Assembly: GCA_963735805.1 (NCBI GenBank)
Contig: CAVTMK010000002.1
Location: 96,001-160,000, forward strand
Direction: 5' to 3'
From: an uncultured Verrucomicrobiae bacterium
GTDB lineage: Bacteria > Verrucomicrobiota > Verrucomicrobiia > Chthoniobacterales > UBA10450
Length of the DNA: 64,000 bases
This document shows positions 40,441 through 49,873 of the stretch, in pieces; position 1 is the first letter of the stretch; every line of letters starts with the position of its first letter. Both the position numbers and the translations under genes were made by a program. Under the pieces are notes generated by a model. That model was not told the DNA's origin, searched no databases, and was given only the letters and a program-made list of their open reading frames with translations.

Positions 40441-40983
40441 CTAGTCAACTTCAATAAACTCTGGATCGCCTGCGCAGATCACCCGTTCCGTGTATACAAA
40501 GCCGTCCACGTCAACTGCGACCCAGCAGCCGTCCACGAAAGCGAAGTAGGTGTTGCCGATCAACCGGAAATGGTTCGCCCCGAATTTTTGGACGAAAAAC
40601 TCCTTCGGATGCCGTCCAAGACTGAACACTTCGCTGTGACGCGACTTGAATTCTTGCACGTTTACCTTTGTGGATTGATGCACGTTCGTCTGATTCGTGC
40701 TCCTCACGTTCGTTTCGTTCGTGCTGGAACGTGCTTCAGGTGCATTCTTTTTTATCTCCTGAGGGCGACCTTTAATGTTCGTCTGTGGTCCACGTACGTT
40801 TGTCCCCGTCTCAGGTTTTGCCTTTGTGTTGCCCGGCTCCTGCTCGGGAGCCATTTTCTTTCCTTTCACAGGCGCAGTAGTCTGCGGTTCGTTAGTCTGC
40901 CCCTGTGTCTGTTGTGGCTCCGCATTCTGGCCTAAGGCCATGAGCGGTAACCCCAATACCACTGTTAGTGTTAGTATCTTCAT
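40441..40983 (-). CDS. Secreted protein, polar low-complexity N-half plus small C-terminal domain
   Basis: RBS gaaagggg, signal peptide, TNV repeats. Confidence 0.7.
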   Translation of the reverse strand: MKILTLTVVLGLPLMALGQNAEPQQTQGQTNEPQTTAPVKGKKMAPEQEPGNTKAKPETGTNVRGPQTNIKGRPQEIKKNAPEARSSTNETNVRSTNQTNVHQSTKVNVQEFKSRHSEVFSLGRHPKEFFVQKFGANHFRLIGNTYFAFVDGCWVAVDVDGFVYTERVICAGDPEFIEVD

Positions 40984-41168
40984 TATTTCCCCTTTCATCC
41001 CTATAGTTCGTATCCCAAAAAGTTTTGGCCCTGTTCGTAAGCCAATCTCGTGCCGCTGCTGCTCTTGGACTTGGGAAATCATTTTTTCGATTAACGATTC
41101 AACGATTTGAAAGTTCCACCGTTCCGCTCAGCGCATTTCATTACCGAAAGGCGATTTAATTCGAGAAC

Positions 41169-41852
41169 ATGCTTTTACTCTCTGTGCTCGGTTTCATCTT
41201 CGACATTGACGGTACCCTGGTCGATTCCAATGAGCTGCACGTCGATTCCTGGGATCGCGCGTTTCGCCGGTTCGGCAAACAATTTTCTCGGGAAAAGTTA
41301 CGCGCCCAGATCGGGAAAGGCTCCGATCAATATTTACCTGAATTTCTTACACCGACCGAGATCAAACGTTTCGGTAAAGAGCTGGATGATTACCGATCCG
41401 TTTTGTTCAGAAAAGAATATCTCCCAAGAGTGCGACCGTTTCCCAAAGTGCATGAACTTTTTCAGCGGATTCGTGACGACAACAAACGGATCGTGCTCGC
41501 CAGCTCGGGCAAAAAGGCCGACACAAAATATTACGTCGATCTTCTAAAGATCGGCGATCTCATCGACGGTTATGTTTCGGGTGACGATGCCGACAGTTCC
41601 AAGCCTGCGCCGGATATCTTTGCGGCGTCATTAAAAAAGCTTGGCGATATTTCGCCTGGAGACGCTGTGACGGTCGGTGACACAAGATTCGACGTCGAAG
41701 CCGCTGGGAAAGCGGGTATCAAAACCATCGCATTTCTCTGTGGTGGAACACCCGAATCAGTGTTGCGCGAAGGCGGTGCAATCGCCATCTACAGTGATCC
41801 CGCCGATTTTCTCGCGCATTACGATGAGCTGGTGACATTGAATAGCCGCTGA
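41169..41852 (+). CDS. HAD-superfamily hydrolase
   Basis: FDIDGTLVDS, SSG, KPAPD, VGDTRFD. Confidence 0.9.
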   Translation: MLLLSVLGFIFDIDGTLVDSNELHVDSWDRAFRRFGKQFSREKLRAQIGKGSDQYLPEFLTPTEIKRFGKELDDYRSVLFRKEYLPRVRPFPKVHELFQRIRDDNKRIVLASSGKKADTKYYVDLLKIGDLIDGYVSGDDADSSKPAPDIFAASLKKLGDISPGDAVTVGDTRFDVEAAGKAGIKTIAFLCGGTPESVLREGGAIAIYSDPADFLAHYDELVTLNSR

Positions 41853-41907
41853 ACGTTGAGCGAAGCCTGGTTAACTTTTCAACTCTGCAACCCTTCAACG
41901 ATCCCCC

Positions 41908-42354
41908 GTGTCTCGCCGTCGTAAACACAGCTTTCTTTACCGCCATTCGCTTACCCTTGTCGCAGTCGGTCTCCTTATTGTCTGGATATTGGGTTACCGA
42001 ATGTTCGATCCGAAAACGCATTTGGGCGCATTTTTTGGAAACGCCATTGCTGACTGGAGCGGCTCGGTTGTCATTATTCTCGGCACAAAATTTCTCTATG
42101 AAGTGGGCTCATCAGAAAGTCGCCCTGTCAAAGGAAAGGAGCGTCCAGCCTGGTTAAACACGCTGCACCGGCATTCGCTCCTGATTTTCATAATCGTGAC
42201 CGGGATCGGCTGGACGATTTTGTTTATGCGAATGAACGCCGACAGCAAATGGGGCCAGGTGGTAGGCAACATCGTGTCGGAATGGGTTCAAATGGCCGGC
42301 CTCGTCTTCCTAACCAAACGATTAGTGGAGATCGGTTCCAAGGAAAGTAAGTGA
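41908..42354 (+). CDS. Membrane protein with internal duplication
   Basis: Two repeats RHSL...GN..(D/E)W...L.TK.L.E.GS.ES. Confidence 0.75.
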   Translation: MSRRRKHSFLYRHSLTLVAVGLLIVWILGYRMFDPKTHLGAFFGNAIADWSGSVVIILGTKFLYEVGSSESRPVKGKERPAWLNTLHRHSLLIFIIVTGIGWTILFMRMNADSKWGQVVGNIVSEWVQMAGLVFLTKRLVEIGSKESK

Positions 42355-42468
42355 CAAACTGTACCCAGCCTGCTCGCGAAGGATTTCGGAGCTGGCGATG
42401 ACTGCGGTGTCACGCGCGTGTTTGTTGTGCGTCAAACGCTGTGATCAGGGAGCCACTGCAATCCGCGA

Positions 42469-44940
42469 TCACTGACCCCAGTAAAGGTACCACTTACCCC
42501 AATATTGCCGGCCGGATTCGAACTTCATTTCGCCAGCATCCGTGATTTCGTTCTCGCGACGTGGCGAGCTGAACTTCAGATGAACGTGATTCGGAGCCCC
42601 CACCGGTTCCAGCGAGAACTGCATGGTCACATCTTCCGCGGCGGTATAGCCGCCAGGGCCGGAATCCACTGGCTTGACCACGTGAAGCACCGCATCGGGA
42701 GAAGGTCGCGGCGGAGGAAAAGCGTCAAACTGGATCTCATTGGTTTGGCCGCCCGGATACCATCCGTTGACCCAGATCGCGACTCGAGTAGCAGGTATTC
42801 CTCCGAAGAGATCTTCTTCCAGGCCGGTGAACGAATTTGTCTCGGAAGTTACCGTCCGCATCGTGGCGTAACTGAAGATCGGATGCAGCTCGGACTTGTA
42901 CGAACTGTGGCCACAATCGATGATCCATCGGCCTGTGACGTGGACCAGGTCGCCCGTGCGTGGCGCACCCAGGAAATTATGGGCCGCTGACGCGTAATAT
43001 TCCTCGTGCTCGATTTTCATGTAATCGAGATTCCCCTGACCGAACAGGCTAGGTCGCGGGAACGAGCCGGGTTGCGGTCCTATTGGGCGAATCTTGAATT
43101 CATAGTCGGAAGGACAAGTAGGACAGAGTCCTCCAATCGGAGTAGTGGCTCCGCCAATACTGTCCGGACAGTACGGGCATCCGCCAAAGGTGTGCTCATG
43201 CGTGAAGATGTTATCGATGTCCGCCATGAAATTGCTTATGACCGCACCGAAACAGGGAGTCGCTACCCAGTCACCTTGGAACGATTGAATAGCAACCCAC
43301 TCGGGTGGGCCACCGGGATGCCCGGGCCAATAGGTGCTACCGTGACAAAAGAGAGCGCCCGCGTTTGAAATGTTCTCCGGCGGAAATGGCGGCTCATCCT
43401 CGACGGTGCATGGACCCAGGTTATCGTTGCAGGGAAAACTCTCCCACAGAGTGGCCGGGGTTTTGTTTATGGCTTTGTCGGCAGCAGAAGGTTCAAGCTG
43501 TGCCACCAACCAGTCTCCTCCCTGGCGTTCCATCCACAACGTGGGAGGCGTTCCCCGTATTTCCAGCGTGGACAACATCTGGTCCGTGCGGTCCGGCCGG
43601 AAGAAACGTTGAAACAGCCAGGTCTGACTCGGCCCGATGGAGTCGGTGGGGTCACCGCGCGGCAGACCGTTGACTGGTTCCCCGCCGCGTTTATTGAGCG
43701 CATCCACAAACACAAGTGGCACGTAAGCGGTGTGCGGCGGTGCGGTACCGAGCAGGCTACCGTAGATGCGTCCACGTTCGAAATCCTGGACACGCGCGCC
43801 GCCGATTACTTCCGTGTCGCGCTCTTCTCCTAGTGGACAACCGAAGTAGCCGGTCTCCGAGTTGAATGGCCCTTTCAGTGAGAGCCACTTGATGAAGATC
43901 TGACCGCGAATCACGAACGTGGCTGAGCCGTTCGTGCTAATGGCTCCTTGTTCGTATACTGCGATCTTGCATCCGCCACGGGTAAGACCGAAACGGAAAG
44001 CCCCGTAGGTGGCCGCGCCCCCATCTGCGTTGAATCGATCACGAATAGCAGCGGGCAGATTGTTGAAGATGCTCGTAGCGGTTCCCGTCAGGTTGGCTGT
44101 GTTCGTTGCCGAGGCTGTGATCGTGATCGGACCCATCGGGACGCCGGTAAAACCGCCAGGCAATTGGAACTGGCGCGTCGTGCCGGACCCGGTCAGGTCG
44201 AAAGCCAGGTTAATCGGCGGAGCGCTGGATTCCGGTGGCAATAGATATGCGAATGTCGAAGTAACAGGCGAAAGCAGACCGTCACCGGTGACCGTCCCAT
44301 TAATGTCGATGGTGTCGACGTCCAACTCCGCGCCATTCGCAGGCGAGATAATTTGAACGATCGGCGGTGCCGTCGGAGTCGGTGCCGGCGCTTCACCCTC
44401 GAACTCAAGGTCATCGATCGCCTGGTGAGCGCTATCCTGAACCTGCAACTCCACCCTTGCGATGTTAGGGGTTGTTACCTTAACCTCGAACACCGTGGTA
44501 AACACATCCTGTGTAACTAACCTGGGTCCATCCGTAGCTACGACGGCTCCGTTGGAATCAAAAGCCGTCAGCGTACCGTTGGCGCTGGCACCTGGGTTAC
44601 TGGCAAACATCTTCACGCGCGCCTGCGGGCTGGTGAATTTTACGACTAACGGAATCGGGGTGAAGATCTCAGCGGACGGATCAACGGTCCGCAAAACACG
44701 TGTCCCTGAATGTGCGTTTGGGTCGGTCCCAAGATAAGCCTGTTGGAAGATCGCGCCGCGCGGCGCGTACTGTGCGTTAATCGTGGCCGGGGCGGCAATA
44801 TCTTCGAAATCCAATATCGTGGTTGCAGCCGTCGCAAAGTTCGCAGAGGAAATCGCAGCAAGCGCGGCCATCCACATCCATCGCTTTGGTGCCCACGCTT
44901 TCAGTAGTCGAATCCTGGTTGTGTGCATTGTCGAGTTCAC
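42469..44940 (-). CDS. Large secreted modular protein: beta-sandwich, Ig-like domain, LGFP-like repeats, Cys/His-rich C-terminal domain
   Basis: Signal peptide; VQIISPANG; IRGQIFIKW..L.G...YFGCPLGEE, QDFERGRIY; GRWIIDCGH...SELHP. Confidence 0.75.
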   Translation of the reverse strand: MNSTMHTTRIRLLKAWAPKRWMWMAALAAISSANFATAATTILDFEDIAAPATINAQYAPRGAIFQQAYLGTDPNAHSGTRVLRTVDPSAEIFTPIPLVVKFTSPQARVKMFASNPGASANGTLTAFDSNGAVVATDGPRLVTQDVFTTVFEVKVTTPNIARVELQVQDSAHQAIDDLEFEGEAPAPTPTAPPIVQIISPANGAELDVDTIDINGTVTGDGLLSPVTSTFAYLLPPESSAPPINLAFDLTGSGTTRQFQLPGGFTGVPMGPITITASATNTANLTGTATSIFNNLPAAIRDRFNADGGAATYGAFRFGLTRGGCKIAVYEQGAISTNGSATFVIRGQIFIKWLSLKGPFNSETGYFGCPLGEERDTEVIGGARVQDFERGRIYGSLLGTAPPHTAYVPLVFVDALNKRGGEPVNGLPRGDPTDSIGPSQTWLFQRFFRPDRTDQMLSTLEIRGTPPTLWMERQGGDWLVAQLEPSAADKAINKTPATLWESFPCNDNLGPCTVEDEPPFPPENISNAGALFCHGSTYWPGHPGGPPEWVAIQSFQGDWVATPCFGAVISNFMADIDNIFTHEHTFGGCPYCPDSIGGATTPIGGLCPTCPSDYEFKIRPIGPQPGSFPRPSLFGQGNLDYMKIEHEEYYASAAHNFLGAPRTGDLVHVTGRWIIDCGHSSYKSELHPIFSYATMRTVTSETNSFTGLEEDLFGGIPATRVAIWVNGWYPGGQTNEIQFDAFPPPRPSPDAVLHVVKPVDSGPGGYTAAEDVTMQFSLEPVGAPNHVHLKFSSPRRENEITDAGEMKFESGRQYWGKWYLYWGQ

Positions 44941-45527
44941 AAGGCGGAAGACGCGAAAACAATTCTCAGCTTTACCGGCACACCTGAGGTATTAGTGACT
45001 GATATTGTGGCGAGCCCACTGGCTGTCGTCTTTGCGTTTACCGAGGCCCCGCCTCGATCACGCCCAATATGGTAAGTGCTTCCGGTTGTCGCCAGCGGCG
45101 AACCACCCAATGAAACCGTGACCTTCAACGGGTTGATCGTTCCTATCCAGCGCACCACCCCGTTCAACCCCGACGGACCGGCAAGTGGAAGGTCGACCTT
45201 ACGCGTGGCTCCCGGAGCCAGGTCCTCCAGGACTAACGGAGCTATTTGTATCTTTGCCAGTCGCTCCTGGAATTCGTCGATCTCGCTTTCTCCGGGAGGA
45301 ATTGGTGGCGCACTGGGTTTCTCGAGTTGCCAGTTATTCGGGAAATTGCCCATTACGGCCGGGTCTTCGGTGACCGAGCGTTGGCGCATTTCGGTCACCT
45401 GAGCAAACGGTTCACCCTTTGTCGGGGGCGGCGCCTTGTGACACCCCAAGAGGGACGTGAGTAACACGCCCAAACACACAAGGCCACCGGGAGAGAGTGC
45501 AGAAGCCTGCATACGTGGAGCTGACAC
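44937..45527 (-). CDS. Putative lipoprotein
   Basis: Lipobox LLGC; stop overlaps the start of the next gene; start uncertain. Confidence 0.6.
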   Translation of the reverse strand: MSAPRMQASALSPGGLVCLGVLLTSLLGCHKAPPPTKGEPFAQVTEMRQRSVTEDPAVMGNFPNNWQLEKPSAPPIPPGESEIDEFQERLAKIQIAPLVLEDLAPGATRKVDLPLAGPSGLNGVVRWIGTINPLKVTVSLGGSPLATTGSTYHIGRDRGGASVNAKTTASGLATISVTNTSGVPVKLRIVFASSAL

Positions 45528-45679
45528 TAGAATTATCTTCCGCGAAATCGCTTGGCAAGATCAGACTGCAAGGAACGTGCGAGATCGCGACGAATGATTT
45601 TTACTGTAGCCGCTGGCGCCGACTGCGGTATTACCAATGAACGCACCTGACGCTGAACCCAAGACGCGGTCGGCTTTTT

Positions 45680-47434
45680 TTATCGCGGCTGAGGTGGACG
45701 ACTTGGACGAGGCAGCGGAGTGGGATGCCGAACCGGTGTTGTTGGACGGCAGTCCGTGAACCTGAACGAGCCTATTCGAGTATGCCAATGGGTCGCGTCG
45801 CCAGTCGTGGGATAATAAGTGCCCGTGTACCAAAAAGTGCAGTCATCACTCGGATCGATCGTCATTTGGCTATAATCTCCAAAAAAGTTGTCGTTCAACT
45901 GAGCGCCATTGCCGTCCATCAGCGTTAGCTCGCCGAACGGCAACGTGCCCAGTGGGTCGCTCGGCTGCCGGCCCGAATAATGCAGCGACGGAAACACATC
46001 CGCGCCCGACACGTGAAAACCGAGCACGATGTTTCCGTTCTTGTCCATGGCGATACTCCCAAGCCAACGGTTATCGGCATCGGGCGCGTATGTCTCTTGC
46101 TGATAAATTTCCCAGGGCCCCGATGTCCCCATGCGCAGCTCGTACCAACGGATGCCCGCATGATTCTGCGCAGGGTCGCCGTCGGCGGCCACAGTGTGAT
46201 TTAATAACAGCATCTGATGATCGCTAAAATTGCGGTACGTCAGGCGCTGCATCATGTAGCCGTAGGAAAGCGAATCGAGTTTCGTTGGAATGCCCGGCTG
46301 CTCGATACAGAACTGGTCCACGCACGCATTTGAGTTGAACGGCTCGGGGACCAGGCTGTCGGTCGGCACGAGCGTGGAAGTGGAAGGATCGTCCCAGTCC
46401 ACGTGGAATTCGTACACTTGCAGCCGGTCTGCGGGAAAACCGAGCGTGTCGTCCTGCACCTGCACGATGTACTCGGGCGTATTAGTTTGCGGCAATCTGC
46501 TACCCTCGAGATCCGCCGCCAGCATATGGCTGCGAGTGAATGGAGTTTGCGGAGCCGGCACAAAGAAGGTCACGAACTGCGGCGCCGGATCTCCGGCCAG
46601 CATGGCTGATCGCTCGAAAGCTGTGATCGTGTTGCCGAGTCCGCTGAAAATTTTGTTCGGATCAGCGGTCGCATAGTAAGCGTCGGAAAACACAGCGATC
46701 TTCGAGTAATCATTGAAATACCTTGCCAGGTGATTGCTGGTATTGTTGACCTCAAACGCGTACTGATCCCACGACCCTGTCGGATCGGACGTCTGCGACA
46801 CGGCTACGCACGAGTCCTGCCCGTTCGGGCGTCCGCCCGGACGACTGATGATCCATCGATTGGCATATCGATCGAACCGCACAACCGCATCGCTCCAATT
46901 CTGTCCGCCTCCACAATCAGGCTGGTTATGCCAGAAGGTGTTGCCGCTGATGGGACCGGCGAGGATATTGCCGGACTTGTCGTAAACCATCATCGCCGTG
47001 TTGGCCACTTGCACGTAGTGATCGAACCCCACAGCTCCGCTGTCATCGGAGGCGAAATCTGCAATCGAGCAATCGTCGCCGAGCAGTTCGTCAACATGAA
47101 GCCCTTCGAAGCTCACGATTGGATTTGTCAAAAAATTCCCGCCCGACTCGTTCTTGGTAGCGGTCGTTGCCACGGCTCTCTGTCGCCGTGTTTCCGGACT
47201 GACCGCCGCCGGACAAAGGGCCATCTGGCTGAGCGGTATCGATACCGAATGCGAGTGCGCATTTCCCACCACCAACACCCAGCCAGGCGGAAGCTGAGCG
47301 TTAACAACGCGGATAAAAGTTTCGACAACAGCGACGAGAAGCAAAGCAACAAGAAATATTTTCACGGGAAGATGGAGCCGTTTTTTTCTTACCCGTTCAG
47401 TTTCACAAAACTCTCGTGGACTTGTCGAGCCCAA
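45680..47434 (-). CDS. Secreted beta-propeller-like hypothetical protein
   Basis: GAVGFDHYVQVAN, AVSQTSDPTGSW, GIRWYEL, GDYSQMTIDPSDDCTFWY; true start probably near 47365. Confidence 0.75.
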   Translation of the reverse strand: MGSTSPREFCETERVRKKRLHLPVKIFLVALLLVAVVETFIRVVNAQLPPGWVLVVGNAHSHSVSIPLSQMALCPAAVSPETRRQRAVATTATKNESGGNFLTNPIVSFEGLHVDELLGDDCSIADFASDDSGAVGFDHYVQVANTAMMVYDKSGNILAGPISGNTFWHNQPDCGGGQNWSDAVVRFDRYANRWIISRPGGRPNGQDSCVAVSQTSDPTGSWDQYAFEVNNTSNHLARYFNDYSKIAVFSDAYYATADPNKIFSGLGNTITAFERSAMLAGDPAPQFVTFFVPAPQTPFTRSHMLAADLEGSRLPQTNTPEYIVQVQDDTLGFPADRLQVYEFHVDWDDPSTSTLVPTDSLVPEPFNSNACVDQFCIEQPGIPTKLDSLSYGYMMQRLTYRNFSDHQMLLLNHTVAADGDPAQNHAGIRWYELRMGTSGPWEIYQQETYAPDADNRWLGSIAMDKNGNIVLGFHVSGADVFPSLHYSGRQPSDPLGTLPFGELTLMDGNGAQLNDNFFGDYSQMTIDPSDDCTFWYTGTYYPTTGDATHWHTRIGSFRFTDCRPTTPVRHPTPLPRPSRPPQPR

Positions 47435-47518
47435 CGCTCGAATAACCGCGCTATTAGCGAAACCGCCTGATGCTTACGGATCCGACCGCGCAAACATCAT
47501 CGCGGTGCGAAGCAGAGT

Positions 47519-48109
47519 TCATGGATTGGCGCCCGGGCACCATTTAACGGGAGACTGGTCCATGTTAAGTGCCTTTACCATAAAAGCGCTCGCTTCGTTG
47601 AAGTCCTTTACCGTTGCGCCCGACCAATATCCTGTCGTGCAAGTGGCGGTGTCGCAATTGCCGCCCAGCGTAATCCACTCTTCAGTTCGTAACACGTCGC
47701 AGACACAGATTGCTTTCTTGGGGTCAGACGGATCGACCGTGCAACGCTTATTGAGGCACCATGTCCACGGAGTTCCGTTAGGGCACTTGAGGACTTTCTT
47801 ACCCTTTTTGAATTGTTCCAGCGAAAACGAGGAGTACACCGTGCGAATCCCATTTACGTCGGTGCTGGGTTCGTTTGTGTTGCACGGCACCGAGGACATG
47901 CTCGCGCCCTCTTCCACAGCGCAGAAGCAAATTGCTTTAGTTGGATCACCGGGCTGCGGTATGCACAAAGCCGATGTACACAGCGCATATTGATGTTTGC
48001 ACAGCTCCATACCTGGCTTGGCTGTCTGTTGATTGCCGAAAGCAATGGTGAAAATGGCGGCCGCAGCAGTAAGCAGGAAACAGGCGAAAGTCAGTTTGAT
48101 AATACTCAT
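47519..48109 (-). CDS. Secreted Cys-rich protein (14 Cys in mature part, two repeats)
   Basis: Signal peptide; C..C....C......DP.KAIC.C twice. Confidence 0.75.
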   Translation of the reverse strand: MSIIKLTFACFLLTAAAAIFTIAFGNQQTAKPGMELCKHQYALCTSALCIPQPGDPTKAICFCAVEEGASMSSVPCNTNEPSTDVNGIRTVYSSFSLEQFKKGKKVLKCPNGTPWTWCLNKRCTVDPSDPKKAICVCDVLRTEEWITLGGNCDTATCTTGYWSGATVKDFNEASAFMVKALNMDQSPVKWCPGANP

Positions 48110-48207
48110 GGTTTTTCCTTCTTTTCCCCGCTACTTGACTGTGCGATTGGCGGGGGCTGGAAAAGGCGAAGAACCTAGCGGTGAAAATCCTCCGCCCGAT
48201 TCAGACC
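48110..48207 (-). promoter_or_regulatory. Conserved upstream leader/promoter element, copy 1
   Basis: Homologous to 56702-56797. Confidence 0.6.
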
Positions 48208-48308
48208 GCGTCTAACGAGTCGGAGTTTCAAGAACGTCTCACCAACTGGTCAAGCACAATCGCCGCAAGGATGGATCTGCGCCCTCCGATCTCGTGATTT
48301 CCTGTTTC

Positions 48309-49088
48309 CTACTTCTTAATTCTTCCTTCGTAACTCTTCGTTATCCTTCGCTTGAGATAGTAGTCGTGTAACGGCACCAGGATAATCATCGAGAAATAAA
48401 CCCAGCCGCTCCATTGGATTTGTTCTGCCGGCAAAGTAAGCGCAAAGGCCAGCGACACGATTCCGACGAGTACCGGGACGCTCCAGCCCGACAACTCGCC
48501 GCGCGTCACCAGGCTTTCCCGTTCATTCAATCGCAACGGCTCGCGCAATTGCCAGGCACGAAGATTCAGCAGCAGGATTTCAGCGGAAATGGCAATCAAG
48601 CCGAGCGCGTAAATTGCAAAAATCGTTCTCGCCTGTGATTCGGTGGTATGAAGCGAGAACCGCTGGCCGATCTGGCCACTACTCAGAAAGTACCACATCG
48701 CCCCGAAAATTGCCTTCAACGGATAGATAAAGATCAGGATCGTAACAATCATTGCCCAGCTGATCAAAATCGAGGCGCCGTCTTCGAGACCGTAACGCCG
48801 GCTCCACAACCAATGGCCCCGCCAAAAGATGCCCAGCACCGCGATGCTGCAGATAAAAGTCGGTACATTCTTGAATGCCGCCAACAGTGTCTGGATGTTA
48901 TCGGGGATCTGTTGAGCAGCGATCACCAGCATCGAAATGGCGAACGCAAAAGCGGCGTCGATGAAAGTTTCCAACCGCGTCATCTCCATCCCACGCAACC
49001 GAAACCCTTTCAGTCGAGGAAGGGAATCGAGGTCTGCGGACAACGTCGACGCGATGTCACCATGGAGCGGATTCATTTCTGTCATCAT
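48309..49088 (-). CDS. TMEM175/DUF1211 family membrane protein (putative K+ channel)
   Basis: RLETFIDAAFAFAISMLV, FW..H. Confidence 0.8.
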   Translation of the reverse strand: MMTEMNPLHGDIASTLSADLDSLPRLKGFRLRGMEMTRLETFIDAAFAFAISMLVIAAQQIPDNIQTLLAAFKNVPTFICSIAVLGIFWRGHWLWSRRYGLEDGASILISWAMIVTILIFIYPLKAIFGAMWYFLSSGQIGQRFSLHTTESQARTIFAIYALGLIAISAEILLLNLRAWQLREPLRLNERESLVTRGELSGWSVPVLVGIVSLAFALTLPAEQIQWSGWVYFSMIILVPLHDYYLKRRITKSYEGRIKK

Positions 49089-49212
49089 GCCGGCCCGCCA
49101 TGAACTTGTGAATCTCGATTACACCATAAAGATTTCCCCTCGGCACGCCGCCGCGAATAAATCGCGAAGGCGGCTTTTCATTGAGACGAGTCTTTAATAA
49201 TTTTGTCGCTCA

Positions 49213-49809
49213 ATGCCAAAACCTTCGGACAAGCTAACTACTGATCAGCTTGGTGAACTAATCTACGAAATTCGCGGCGAACGCGTAATGCTGGACTCCG
49301 ATCTGGCCTCGATCTACGGCGTTGAAACAAAGGCGCTGAATCGCGCAGTGAAACGCAATCGGGATCGCTTCCCGAAAGATTTCGTGTTCCAACTGTCCGA
49401 GGATGAATGGAAGAAGTTGAGGTACCAAATTGGCACTTCAACTTCGCCCGGGGAACATCCATCTTTGAAGTACCAAATTGGTACCTCAAGTTTGGGCCAC
49501 GGGGGACGCCGCAGCCGTCCATATGTTTTCACCGAGCACGGGGCAATCATGGCTGCAAATGTGCTCAATAGCGCACGCGCGGTTCAGATGAGCGTGTTTG
49601 TCGTACGCGCGTTTCTTAAAATGCGCGCGTTGCTTGGCGACAAGCGCGAGTTGGCTCATAGACTTGCTGCGTTGGAAAAAGAGCTGAAAAAGCGCCTGGA
49701 TGTCCACGACGCAGTGATCATCACAATCTTGCAGCGTGTAATGGACATTATCGACCCACCCGCCTTGCCGCCTGAGCCACCCCCAAAACAGATTGGCTTC
49801 CATGCGTAG
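49213..49809 (+). CDS. ORF6N domain DNA-binding protein
   Basis: IRGERVMLDSDLASIYGV, VKRNRDRFPKDF, PYVFTEHG, C-terminal IGF. Confidence 0.9.
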   Translation: MPKPSDKLTTDQLGELIYEIRGERVMLDSDLASIYGVETKALNRAVKRNRDRFPKDFVFQLSEDEWKKLRYQIGTSTSPGEHPSLKYQIGTSSLGHGGRRSRPYVFTEHGAIMAANVLNSARAVQMSVFVVRAFLKMRALLGDKRELAHRLAALEKELKKRLDVHDAVIITILQRVMDIIDPPALPPEPPPKQIGFHA

Positions 49810-49848
49810 GTTCGATTCGACAGTGGCGAAAGCACGCGATTATGCCGG

Positions 49849-49873
49849 CCGCAGTCATCGCCAGCGGCTACAG
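49849..49873 (+). repeat. Short dispersed repeat family B (ccgcagtcatcgccagcggctacag)
   Basis: Copies at 59382 and 62408, inverted at 42391 and 45604, diverged at 23313. Confidence 0.7.

Noticed and set aside
49805..49850. tRNA-like ggttcgattc
   Set aside because: No acceptor stem or cloverleaf around it.
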